DNA of 64,000 nucleotides from Rhizaria sp. SCN 62-66 (taxonomy: Eukaryota), in NCBI GenBank assembly GCA_001724265.1, contig MEDY01000091.1, positions 1 to 64,000 on the forward strand. The letters run 5' to 3'. Shown here piece by piece: positions 34,476 through 46,645 of this stretch (the first letter of the stretch is position 1; each line of letters begins with the position of its first letter). Both the position numbers and the translations under genes were made by a program. The notes below the pieces were generated by a model, which worked only from the letters and a program-made list of their open reading frames with translations, made no database searches and had not been told where the DNA came from.

Positions 34476-37464
34476 GTGGCCGTGGGCATGGTGACCGTGA
34501 GTCGAGCCGTTGATGCTGCTGTTGTTGCCCTCGGAAGCAAACAGAGAGGCACAGCTGTTCCCTATGTTCTGGTTACTCGCGAGGCCGGTGATGCCGTGGC
34601 TGTTCGCGCTGTTGCAGGCCGCAATGGGGGTGAAGAGCCCGTAGCCCGCCTCCAGCGCCGCCGCGCCAACCGCGGCCGCCGCGGCGGTGGCGGCCGCGGC
34701 CGCCGCCGCGGCCGGGGAAGGCGGCGCCGAGGGCGGCAGCGTAAGGGGGTGCGGGGGCATGTAAGGGCCCGGGCCGGTGTAAGCGTTGTAGGCGCCGGGG
34801 CTGACGCCGGCAGGACTGTCGCTGCCGTGGTTGCTGTGGAACGACTGCGAAAGGAGCTGGTCGAGCTGGGCGCGCAGAGACAGCAGCAAAGCGATGTGGC
34901 TCGCGCCGCTGACCTCCGCAGCTGCGACGGCGGCGGAGCCAGCACTGCTCACGTGGTAGTCCGCGTGCGCCTCGGCAGGACTGTGACCAGCGCCGGCATT
35001 GCTGCCGCTGTTGATGCTGTCGGGGGGGTTACTGTTATGGGCGCGGTTGGTGCTCTCAGCACTGGCACTGCGACTGAGGCTCGGGCCGCTGCTGCTGCTG
35101 TTGCTGCGGCTGTGGGCGGCCGCCTTGGGTTTGACGCTGGCACTGTTGATGCTGCTGTTGTTGGACGGAGGCAACGGGGGCTTCGCTGAGTTGCCTCCAT
35201 TCGCACCCGTCTTGCTCCCACTGCCTCGACCATTCGCGCTCGCGCTGTCACTGGCTCCGGGGCTGTGCCCCGCATGACTCGTGTTGGTGTTGTTGTTGGG
35301 CGCGGATAACGACCGCAGCGTGTGCTCGATCAGCGCGACGTTGTCCCAAATGCGACTGCTGCTGCTGTTGCTACTGCTGCTGCTGAGGCCCGCTGCGTAA
35401 GCACCGCCGCTGAGCCCGTTGGCGCCGGCGTTGCTGAACCCGCTAAGACTCGCGCCCAGCCCGTTGGCGGCTCTGAAGCCGCGGCCCGCAGCGCTGAGGC
35501 CGCCGCTGCTAGTGCTGGTGTGCCCAGGTGCAGCGCCAACGCCTGCGCTGGCTGCGCCCGCAAAGCTGCTTGTGGCGTTGACGGCATTCCGGTTCAGACC
35601 GGCGCTGCCGCTCGCGCTGCCGCCCGCCTTGGCGCCACTACCGCCGCCGCTCGCGTCGGCAGCGCCACCTCCTCCGCTGTTCTTGCTCGGGTTGGAGTTC
35701 GCCGCAGCGGCGTTCGCGGCAGCAGAGTCGGCGGGCGCGCCCGGGATTGGCATGTTGAGGTAGGGGTCGAAGGTGCCCTTGCCGCCGGGCACCGCGGCGG
35801 CCGAGTGACGCAGCAAGTGCCGCGCCGCGTAGCCCGAGAGGCCCACGGTCGTGGCGAACTTGAGGCAGCACAGCACCGAATAGCCTGCGAACAGAAACAA
35901 ACAAGCAAACAAGACGCAAAAATGAATAATGAGTGATGATATAAAGAATCAGCGCGTGTGACAAATGTGAATGAAGGGCATATCGTGCATTTGATCGGTA
36001 TTGTGTGGATAGCGTGCGAGCGTACCTGTGACGGGGAGGAGCACGAGCAGCGGCCAGCTGATCTGGCTCTGCGGCAGCACGCCGTAGGCGGCGATGCTGG
36101 CGCGCAGCACGACGATCGCCAGCGGCTCGGGCGCAAAGCCGAAGCGACGCGAGACGGTGTAGTGGTGCGGATGCGCGGGGTGCGCGCGGTGCAGGATCAC
36201 GTCGCGACACGCCACCGTGCGGAACTGCAGCGCAGCAGGAAAGCGAAACAACAAAGATGAGAACGTCAAAATGAAAATGAAACAACAAAAAATGCACGTG
36301 TCAAGACGAAAATACACCGTGTACCAAAGAATAACATAAATATTTTCGTATATCCGCGAGATATAGAGTGTTTTGTTTGAACTTACCGCACGGTACATGG
36401 AAGGCAGGTGGTTGAACTTGTTGACGAAGCCGTGCTTGATCCAGTCGACGAGCATCTCGGAGCCGTAGAGCATGCCCGAGAAGACGGCCACACGCGCAGC
36501 CCACGTGGTGGCCGATGAAGACAGCGCCGATGTGAGCCCGATGTGGGCCAGGTTCTGGACCGCGATTGTGGACAGCGAGGCGATGAGCCGGAAGCGTTCC
36601 ACGGCGTCGCCGACCGAGATCTGGAACAGGTTGGCGTGAAAAAAGCGCTTGAACACGAAGGACTTGAGTTCAGTGAAGTTGGTCGAGATGAGGATGATGA
36701 AGAGCGTGGACATGTCGCTGTTAACCGTGACGTTGAGCGTCACGATCTGCAGCATCGTCAGTGCCGCGTGAGCGACCGTGTACCCCGCAGCGAGCACCGC
36801 GCTGGAGACAAGCTCGGCGACGGGCGCAGCCGAGGCGGGCGCGAATGCGGTGTATGTGCTGTCGAGGATGTCGTCGCCGAGCGAGGTGAGCATCGAGTCG
36901 AAGATCTGCAGCATGTTATGAATAACGTAGAGCTTCATCAGCGACTGCGCGCGCACGTAGTGGTACAGCGTCGCCGGCGATAGGAACACGATCGTCACGA
37001 TGAGCGCGGTGAGGAAGATGGTCAGCCGAAGCAGCGGGGTGCGCGTGTGGCGCCACGCGTTCAGCGCTCTCGTGTAAGTGCCCTCGGCCATGTGAGTCCC
37101 TGGCCCACTTACACCAGCAAACGCGGTGCCATCGCTGTTGTTCTTGCTCTTGCTTCCCCCCGCTGCCACCGCGCCTCTCACTCCCGCGCAACCGAAGACG
37201 ACGGTGAGCAGTGTGAAGAGCGCGAGGACGCCGCGCATGGGCATGAGCACGAGCACCTCGAGGAAGGCGTCGAGACACACTGTCTGCCCCAGGAAGAAGA
37301 AGCGCTCCAGCTCGAAGGGCAGCACGAGGAAGGAGCGCACCCGCGCGGCCGTGCGGCCCGGCGACGGGTCCTTGTGCTGCGGCAGCGAGCAGAGATCGGG
37401 CAGCAAGAAGCGCAGCAGCGACAGCGGCGCCGCGGAGGCCGCCAGCGCGGTCGGCGTCACCGTC

Positions 37465-37495
<31 letters not shown>

Positions 37496-38837
37496 GCGGC
37501 CGCGAGTACGGCAGCGCCGACGACGCGGCTGACGACGATAGTGACAGGGAGGACAGTGAAGACGACAATGTTGATCCGGTGTGGTGCTGCTGTTGTTGTT
37601 GCTGCGGGGCGTGGAACAAGTGCTCCTTGCCGCCGCCGCCAGCCGCAGAAGCAGCAGCAGCAAGCGCAGGACTCGTGATCATATTGCAAGAGTTGGATGG
37701 GGCTGTTGTCGAATCCTCAGGTGTTGTTCCAGCGGATGCTTGCTGCGCCACAGTGGACTGACTTTGCTGTTGCTGGTGCTGCTGTTGTTGCTGCAGGACG
37801 GCGGCCTGACTTTTGTACACGGAGCCCGCCGCGTCGGCCGCAGCGGCGGAGGCGTCGGCGGCTTGGGTGGCAGCCAGCGCCGCAGCAGCGGCCGCCGCAG
37901 CGGCGAGGGGCGAGTCCGAGGCGGCGGCGGTAGAGCTGTGTGCCGCAGTCGCGACCGCGCCCGGGTTGGAGCCCGTCGCGGCTGACGACGACTGCTGAGC
38001 GCGCGCATCGTCGTCGCTGTCGCCGTCACCGTCATCGCTTGTGGTCGCCGCGTTGGCGCGCAGGAAGGGTGCGAGGACGATCGTGGTCGGCGTGCCCTCG
38101 CTGTCCATGATGGCCACGGATGAAACAGACGTGACAGCAGACGCGGCTACTGCAGACGAGGTTGACGCGGACAGGTGACTGTGGGCAGCGGTGGAGTGGC
38201 TGTGGGCGATCGCCGAGTGACTGTGGCCTAGAGAATCGGTGATATTGCGCTCGTTGTCGCCGTCTTCCTCGTCGTCCAAGTGCGTCACGTCTAAGGGGCT
38301 GATCGTGGCATCTAAGGGGGTGCCGTCGAAGTCCACAGCAGCCTCACCACGTGCTCTCGCAAGAGAGCTCCTGTTGATGTCGCAGTGCACGTTGTTGCTG
38401 AGGCTAGAGTTAGGCAGCACTGCTAGAGACGATGACGACGACGATGACAATGACAGCGAGAGCGCCGACAACGACGACGAGGACGACAACAGCAGCGACG
38501 CCGACGATGACGAGGACGAAGAGGATGAGGACGACAACAACGACGACGAAGATGACGATGACTCGAACGTCGTGCTGATGGGCGACGCGAGGGCCAGCAC
38601 GGCCTCAGTCCCCGTCAACACTGCGCCTGGGCCAATCTCGAGCTCGGGCCCGGAGTCGACGTTGGCGCCAGCGGGGCCCTCGGCGTCTGTGTCTGGCTCT
38701 GGTTCCGAGTCCTCCTCCGGCACTGCTGTGGGGGGGCTGCTTGTCGTACCAACAGCAGGCGCATTCGTGCTGCTGCTGGAGTCGGTCAATGCAGAGACAT
38801 CAACTCTTTTGCCCGCGCTGGCAAGGCTTGGCTGCAT
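34008..38837 (-). CDS. TAPT1: TAPT1/Emp65/POD1 (DUF747) ER membrane protein, ~1508 aa; exons 38837-36387, 36224-36026 and 35884-34008
   Basis: PFELERFFFLGQTVCLDAFL, LYHYVRAQSLMKLYVIHNMLQIFD, TLNVTVNS, ISTNFTELKSFVFKRF, LFQI...DAVERF, SEMLVDWIKHGFVNKFN, SRRFGFAP.PLA and C-terminal VVRFNMYANRIP. Stop is TAA. Confidence 0.93.
34427..34475 (-). repeat. (GCAGAC)n hexamer repeat encoding (Ser-Ala)n in the TAPT1 tail
   Basis: Direct reading of the sequence. Confidence 0.85.
35885..36025 (-). other. Spliceosomal intron 2 of TAPT1, 141 nt
   Basis: CAG|GTACGC ... TTCGCAG|GC; phase 1. Confidence 0.9.
36225..36386 (-). other. Spliceosomal intron 1 of TAPT1, 162 nt (in frame, stop-free)
   Basis: GCG|GTAAGT ... 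CTGCAG|TT; AT-rich island in GC-rich coding sequence. Confidence 0.85.
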
Positions 38838-39533
38838 GTGGTCGTTGTGGGCTCGAGACGCCACTCACTGAGGCTCAGGCTGTGCGTGTCAGCGATCGAG
38901 AGCAAGGCAGCGACGAGGTGTAGCGACAAAGTGAGACAAGACTTAGAAAAGCGCAAGTACAAAGCCAGCGTCCGTAGATCTCAAAAGTGAGGCTTTGTGT
39001 AAGCGTCTAATAAGCGTAGTTCAATGTTGATGGGTGAGATAAGTTAATAACAGTCGCTGGACGTGATAGGTGTGCGGTGGGAGAGTAGAATGAAGGAGGG
39101 TCGGGACAGCTTGGTCAGCAGTCGACTTTGTAACACGCCAGAGAGACCAAATCAAAGCGTTAAGTCAAACAAATACAGTACCAAATATAATGTGCCAAAA
39201 TGTGTCGTATTCATTCGTGATCTTGCAATTAACGGATGATACGGCTCAGAATAGCAAAATATATGAATGACTCAGTCACTCAACTTAACGAGTTGTCGAG
39301 CTTCCCGATGTCACTTTCGCTTGGTTGAACTCTACGGAGATGGCGTAGAACTCGTTCATTTGGTCGTCAAGTCGCAAATAAACTTGATCATGGAACTTAA
39401 CCACTACCATACTACATTTTTCTAATATTATCAGAACAAAAACTTGTGTCTTACTATCCATGTACCCTACAACTTCACACTAACCTCGAAACGCTGAATC
39501 CACTCATCTTGTGCCCCCACACGCTTCTCATAG

Positions 39534-41328
39534 ATGGCATCTGCTTCTTCCGCGTCGAACCCGCGCGTGTTCATGGACATTTCCATCGGCAACCGCCCCG
39601 TGGGCCGCATGGTCTTCGAGCTCTATGCCGATACGACGCCCAAGACGGCGGCCAACTTCCTCGCGCTGTGCACGGGCAGCAAGGGCACGATGCCGCACTG
39701 CCGCCAGCCGCTGCACTTCAAGAACTCCTTCTTCCACCGCGTCATCAAGGACTTCATGGCGCAGGGCGGCGACTTCACCGCGGGCAACGGCACGGGTGGC
39801 GTGTCGATCTACGGCCGCACGTTTGCGGACGAGAACTTCGTGCGCCGCCACATCGCGCGCGGCCAGCTCTCGATGGCCAACGCCGGCCCCAACACGAACG
39901 GCTCGCAGTTCTTCATCTGCTTCAAGTCTACGCCGTTCCTGAACGGCAAGCACGTCGTTTTCGGCAAGCTGGTTGAGGGCATGGGCGTGCTGGACGCGAT
40001 CGAGAGCAACCCGACGAACCGCGACGACAAGCCGCTGCGCGAGGTCAAGATCACGAACTGCGGCCAGGTCGGCGGCGCGGGCGCGCAGGACGCCGCGGCT
40101 GCCATCGCCGAGGAGAAGCTGCGCAAGGAGAAGGCGGTTAAGGCGCTCGCGGCGGCCAAGGCGGCCGAGGACGCGCGCATCAAGGAGCTGGCCGCCAAGA
40201 AGGCGCTTATGGCGGAGCAGATGGCCAAGCAGGAGCGCCTCAACAAGCTCAAGCTCATGGGCGCGCAGGAGGACTCAGAGTACGTTCATCTGCCTTACGA
40301 TAACTCACTGCAATCAATATATATTGATTCACATGCTTCTGACTGTTTCGTCTCAACAAGAAAGCTCTGGTTTCCTTGTTAAGAACGACGACACTATGGC
40401 TGGTTGTGAAGAAGGAGGCACTGAATAAGACGTTTCGTGTCTTTGTTTCAACCACGCCTACATTCTCTTGTTTTCTCTTATATTTTATCTGTGACACGAC
40501 ACATCTGTATTTTCCAATTGGCTCACAATCATATTCACTGTATATCTTTTCATCTGTCACTCTTGTTGTAGTCGCCCCGCCGCCGCGGCCAAGGCCGTGA
40601 CGCCGGTGTCTGAGCGCGAGCGCAAGCTGCTGGACCTGCAGCGGCGCATGGCGCTGGCCAAGGCCAAGAACGTTAGCGACGTGCGCGACGAGTCGCAGCG
40701 CCTCAACAACCCGAACCCCGCGGCCAAGGCCAAGGGCCGGGGCGAGGTTTTCGTCGGCGCCGACGGCGAGACGGTCGCGCACCGCAAGCCCAAGCACGCC
40801 GACGGCGACGGCGCCGGCGCCCGCGACGAGGACGACGGTGAGGTGCGCGCGCTGAGCAAGAAGTCCAAGGGCGCGGCGGGCAAGGGTGGGTCCGGCGATG
40901 AGGACGTGGCGCCCGAGCTGCGGTACCTGGACGCGACTGTGGGCGACTGCGACGACTACGCCGCCAAGGTCGCCAAGAAGCAGGCGCGCGCGGCGGCCGA
41001 GGGCTGGGCCGTGCACGCGATGGAGAACAAGTACAAGACGCACGAGAAGCGCAGCTCGAACCTGCCGCAGACCAAGAACACCAACGCGCCCGCCGGCTCG
41101 ACGAGCGCGATCAACTACAAGCCCACCGACGCGCAGCTCAACAACTTCGTGGAGGAGATCGACAAGCAGGAGAAGATCCGCATGGAGAAGCGCCGCAAGC
41201 GCCACCTGGAGGGCAAGGATGCGACCTACATCAGTGACGACAACAAGCGCTTTGCCGAGAAGGCCGCCAAGCACTACGACAAGTACACCGCGGAGGTCGC
41301 CAACGCCCTTGAGCGCGGCTCCGCGTGA
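39534..41328 (+). CDS. Cyclophilin (PPIase)-SYF2 splicing factor fusion protein, ~500 aa; exons 39534-40279 and 40572-41328
   Basis: Cyclophilin motifs [59 protein letters not shown]2 C-terminus [33 protein letters not shown]. The phase-2 intron joins GA|T in frame. Stop is TGA. Confidence 0.9.
40280..40571 (+). other. Spliceosomal intron, 292 nt (cyclophilin-SYF2 gene)
   Basis: GA|GTACGT ... long pyrimidine tract ... TTGTAG|TC. Confidence 0.85.
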
Positions 41329-41989
41329 GCGCAGAGTCGAATGTGAGCATAGTTCTCAACTTTGAGAGCGCGAATTGTATTTTCTGGTAATTATTGAGTT
41401 GTTTCTTTGATATGGTGCCGTAATAAACTTAAATACAGCCTACTTAACCACTTTTTCATCATGAGTAAGCTTCCGTTTTTTTCTCCAATGCCGTCGTCAC
41501 CGTCAAGTTAGCTTGCATGATGCCAAACATGTTAAGGTGACACGGGAACAAATCGCATGGCAACGGATTACCATTTCCCGTGTCCCCGTGACTCGGTCAA
41601 ACACTCTGTGCATAAAGTCACTTGTTGTCGAATGCTGGTAAGCGAAGACGCAAGCATGTACACCGTTCAGAGCAGGAGGTTCGATAAAAATGATTATGTT
41701 GCAGCAATAGAATTAACGTCTATCGAAATAAAAGGTAGTTGTATTATAAACCGGCAATCATTATGTTCACTCTATATATTACATTACGACTCTCAACTCA
41801 AGCTTTTCTTGGCTAATAAGATTACATTATAATCCATCACATGTCTCTTGAGCATACAAACATGCTTACGTACTCTCTAAGAGCACTCACCCGAGCATAT
41901 AGTCATGAATATATGTTGATTGGCACACTGAAATAATACTTACAACAAGAACATTAGCAACAACAATAACCCGCATTGCTATCACAAAA

Positions 41990-44900
41990 TCACCGCTTGC
42001 TGAAGTTGAAGAAGGTGATAGCAAAGAGCGTCACGATATGGGTACAAACCAAAAACAGAATCATCCACCCCACGGCAACGGAAGTGTTACCAAATTCGAA
42101 ACCAAGATATCTCGATACAACATCAGCCAGTGGCATTTGTGCGGGCTTTTGGTCGATGATGACGGTGACGAGCTGGCCGCACATCGGAAGTGGGCTACAT
42201 GTGCCGACCTGGGGCATCACAAGTGCCTCGGTACCGTGTGAGAGCGGGAGAATGCGAAAAAGCCACAGCCAACCGCGAGGAATCGACGGAAGCGGGTTGA
42301 TAAGTCCAGCGTACACAACAAATAAGCCGAAGCTCATGCCTTGAAGAATGGCAGCGATCGCCGTGTTGGGTGTAGAGTAAGCAAGGAGCTGGGCGAAAGC
42401 GATGTAAAGCATGCAGCACACCAGAGTGATGCCGTAGAACTTGAAAAAGAGCTCGGCGTCGCTAGAAAGGCCAACGAGAAAGTACGACGGGATTTGTGCC
42501 ACGAACGCAGTAAAGACGCACCACAGAATCTCGTTGATAAAGCCCGTGAAGGCCCACAGCGAAGGATGGTAAGTGCCGGATGCAATCTCACGGTACAGCA
42601 CAACGCGCGAGGACATGAAGTTAGGCAGCGCAGACGCGCCGTGAATGAGGGCACCAAACGTGACACTGACAGTGATGGCAGAAATCAGCGAGATGACGTC
42701 GGCTTGCGCGTACACCTTGCTGCGCAGATCGAAGTAGACGAGTCCGAAGAAAATGGACAGCACCGCCACAGCTATGATACGCGTGGTCATCATCGCAGGG
42801 TTGCGCCAGTAGCCGAGAAACGTGCGGCGTATCAGGCGCAGGAACGCCTCGCCGAATCCGGCACGGGCGCGGAAAACGAGTCCTTCACCGATCATCTCAG
42901 CACACTCGTTGTCGGGCTGAGGCGCCACGGTCGCCACAGCCGTGGCGCTGGCAACCGTTTTGGCAGAGCCGTTCTCCGGCATGGCCTCAATACGCGCAAT
43001 AACTGTGATTGCCTCGCTGCGCTGCGTCGAGGCAAGCCACGTGCTCGTCATGCGGGCGCGGAGCTCCGCCACATCGTCGTAGCGCCCGGCCTGCGAAGTG
43101 ACGACGGCGCCCTCCTCATTGCCGTAACCGTTTTCAGCGCATGGGCTAACACATTCGTCACCCTTAGCGCTGACCTGGCCCACACCCATCTCCTCGAGCA
43201 TCCATGACGCGGGGTTCGTCTGCGGCGGACACGCGGACGCGCGCGGCACGGACTCAAGGTAGGGAACAAAGATACGGCAACGGTGGCCGAGGTCGCCAAA
43301 GAACACTTGGTGGCCACCGGAGGCAAGCAGCACAAGACGGTCAAACAGGTAGAAGATTTCGGTGGACGGCTGGTGAATGGTGCAGATAACAGAACGGCCG
43401 GAGCGCGCGATACGGCGCACGACGCGCATAACGGTCTGCGCGGCGCGGGAGTCAAGGCCCGTGGTGGGCTCATCGAGAAACAGCACGGCAGGGTTGGCGA
43501 CGACCTCGCAACCGATGTTCACGCACTTGAGCTGCGACGGAGAGAGACCCAGCGTAGACCCGCCGCCGATGATGTGGTCCTTGATTGAGGTCAGCTCAAG
43601 CACTTCAAGGACCTCGTCGACGATCTGCTCCTTAATGTCAGCGGGGACGCAGCGCGGCAGACGGAGGTTTGCTGCAAAAAGCAGCGTCTCGCGCACAGTG
43701 TCAAAGGGGAACAGCGAATCGAACTGCTCAACGTAGCCGGTGAGAGCAGAAATGGCCTTGGCGTTTGCCGTATGTCCGTTCAGCGTGATCTTGCCCTCGA
43801 CAACACCCGAGTTCTTGCGACCGGCCAGCACGTCAAGCAGAGTGGTCTTGCCGGCGCCTGAAGCACCCATAAGCGCGGTCAGCTTGCCGGGCTCTGCGTA
43901 GCCCGTCACGCCGCGAAGCAGCGGGCGGTCCACAGTTGCGCCTTCGGAGTTCCTAACCTGCACCGTATAGTGAATATCGTTGAACGAGAGCCAGACAGGA
44001 GAAAATGGCAGCGTCTCACGCAGCGCACGCAGGTCGCCGCTAGAACTCTTGCGAGTTGGAGCAGGGGCGGGAGCAGGCGCCTTCTTGGCCAAGGCACATG
44101 AGGAGTCAGCGGCAGGGGCAGCGCCGTCCACAGCAACAACTGTACTGTCCGCCGGAGCAGGAGCAGAACCATCTTCGGGGATAGCAGCGGCGTCTGCCGC
44201 CGCGACCTCGCCATCCGCAGCGGGAGCAGCAACAGGGGTAGCGGTTTCTGCAGTCGCGATTGCAAGAGTGTCGGCATCGCCGTCGCCAGCGTACACGTCG
44301 TCCTCACAGCCGCATCCCTTATCGCCGTCGGTGGCGCTGCGGCGGGTGCCGCGAGTAGCCTCGTAGTAAGGGCGGATCATCATGCGCGAGTGCAAAAAGA
44401 GCAGCACGAAAGAGAGGGCAAAAAGATAGATCACGGCGTAGCCAATCCACTCACGGCCAATCTTCATATCGAGCATGTTGAGATAAGACTCACCAAGAGT
44501 GATACCGGTGTCGGTGATCGAATCGTACCGCGAAGAGAGAAACTCGTTGTTGACCATGGCACGAAGTGTCCACGCAAAGGGAGAGATCCAGAGCAGCCAG
44601 CTAATCCAGTCGGGCATGGCGGTCATCGACACGAAGAAACCACCAAGAAGCATGAGCGTCGACACCGTGGGACCGGCAATGGCTTGCGCTGCGGAAGCGT
44701 TGGTGAAGAGAGAGGTGAGTAACCTAAAAAAGATCGACATGTTGATTGATTGCGAAAGCAGTACTCCATAAAATGTGAAGAATGCTTCACCTGTCGGGTT
44801 GCAGTTAGAAAGGAAGTACGCCGAAATACTCATCAGGAAACTCTCGGCAGCAATGAGTGGAATTGCGACGATTGCGGCTGAGCACACGTACGACCATGTG

Positions 44901-46645
44901 GGGTAAAAACCCGACGCGGCCTGGCGGTACACAATGCGTGCATTCTCAACAGAAATCGGAAGTTCAACGACAGCACTGAACGCCACCTGTGAGATTATGA
45001 TGAGGAAATTCGCGCAACGCAAGAAGAAGTTCTCCGGCGAGATGTCGAAGAAGAACGAGCCAAAGATGAGGCCCATAAGAGCGCCCTGAATCAGGCGCGG
45101 GATAAAGAGAAGCTTGTTACGCGTCAGAGTCAGCGCCTCACGGCCGATCACGCGCTTGGCGACAGAGCCCAGTGAGCCGGAATAGCCAACGCTGTAAGAC
45201 GCGCGGGCCTCAGGCGTCGGCATCAGCGGCGGCAGCGGCTGTTGCGATGCATTATTTGCGGCAGTCAAAGGCGAGGACGGCAGTGGGGGCAGCACCGCAG
45301 TGGGGAACGACTGCTGCACAACAGGCCGGAGTACGGCGTTGAACGGGGAGGCCGCGAAGTGCTCAAGCATGCTAGTCGTGGTCAGGCACTCGGCGCTAGT
45401 GATTGTGAGCGGGCCCAGCGACGACTGGAGCATTGCTGCGGTGGGAGTTGCGGCGTCGCCACCCTCGGCGCGCAGCCGCGCAAGAGTGGCGCGGGGCTGG
45501 GACATGCAGTCGATGATAAAATCGCACACGTCAACGTCGGCGGGGCAGACGAAGCCGAGCGAAGCGAGATAAGGCAGGGCGTCTTGACGCGGCCCGTGGT
45601 ACACGACCTGCGCAGCGCGCAGCACAATAATTTCGTCAAACTGCGCAAACAGTCCGGGCGTGGGCTGTTGCGCGGTCGCAACGACGGAGCCGTTTGTGGC
45701 ACGTGTCCACTGGCGCAGCGAGCGAGTGATGTCCTCAGCAGTGGCTGTGTCGAGACCGTTGGTGTACTCGTCGAGGAAGATCGCGCGCGCGTCACCAACA
45801 AGCATCTCACCTACTGTCACGCGGCGCTTCTGGCCGCCGGAGATACCGCGGATCATGGCGTTGCCGATGACTGTGTCTTGGCACTACTCGAGGCCGAGGA
45901 GCTTAATCGCATTCGTCACGCGCTCAGGGTCAACAACAGCAGAGGTGCACTCGTGCGCAAAGCTGAGCGTCTCGCGCACCGTGAGCAGAGGCAAGTGCTC
46001 ATCGACCTACATAAGGGGTGTGAAAGGAGAAACGCATCATTGATTCGCGCATATTAGATTAGAAGTTAAAACGAAGGTCGATGATCGAACAGGTTGGACT
46101 TGAAGCATGCTGAGAGCGATATGGGAACGTACCTGATCAACGTAGTGGCACATGCGGCGCACGTTGCAGCCCTGTGCCTCCGCCTCGGCGCGGGAGAGAC
46201 CGTTGTAGCGCACACCGGAGTCGCCAGAGTCGCTGTCGATCGGCTGCTTCTGCGCCAGCGCCTTGAGCAGGGTCGTCTTACCGTGGCCGGGCGGGGCGAG
46301 GATGAGGACCATGGAGCCCGGGCGGATGCGGCCGGAGGCGGCAAGAAGGCGGTGGAAGTCTTGCTCTTTGCTAGACGCGCCGCAACTAAGAACTGAATCG
46401 AGTGCGGACTTGAAGGGCGAGAGGACGGTGACGATCTCGCCTGCGTTCGAGGGAACCTTGACAGTGACGTTGAGGTTGTGGTAGGCAATGGTCAGGTCAG
46501 TGGCAAATTTGGTAGGGGCAACTTCCACATCAGTGTTAACCTTAAGAGGGAACATAGCAACCATTTCTACGTCGTTAGACGTCGAGACAACGCGGTCTGG
46601 CGAGGCGGAAGACGTCTCCGCAGGGCCAGCTGTGGGGTCAAGCAT
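41990..46645 (-). CDS. Full-size ABCG/PDR transporter (NBD-TMD-NBD-TMD), ~1509 codons, interrupted by one in-frame TAG (45884-45886); recoded gene, young pseudogene or sequence error. Exons 46645-46133 and 46006-41990
   Basis: NBD1 [34 protein letters not shown]; NBD2 GASGAGKTT, GYVEQFD, LDEPTTGLD, TIHQPS; two multi-helix TMDs. Terminal stop is TGA. Confidence 0.92.
46007..46132 (-). other. Spliceosomal intron, 126 nt (ABCG gene)
   Basis: CAG|GTACGT ... TATGTAG|GT; phase 0; gives YVDQ|VDEHLPLLTVRETL. Confidence 0.92.

Noticed and set aside
39287-39356. Inverted repeats (AACGAGTT/AACTCGTT, TCTACG/CGTAGA) in the TAPT1-cyclophilin divergent spacer
   Set aside because: Short, partly overlapping stems; no tRNA cloverleaf or snoRNA boxes that I could support.
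12968-41554. 15-mer ACACGGGAACAAATC shared by 12968-12982 and 41540-41554
   Set aside because: One exact 15-mer match is not improbable in this much sequence, and the flanks do not align.
41990-45856. 1288-aa ORF treated as the complete ABC transporter
   Set aside because: It starts in the middle of NBD1. Walker A and TVRETL lie upstream, beyond the TAG and the intron.
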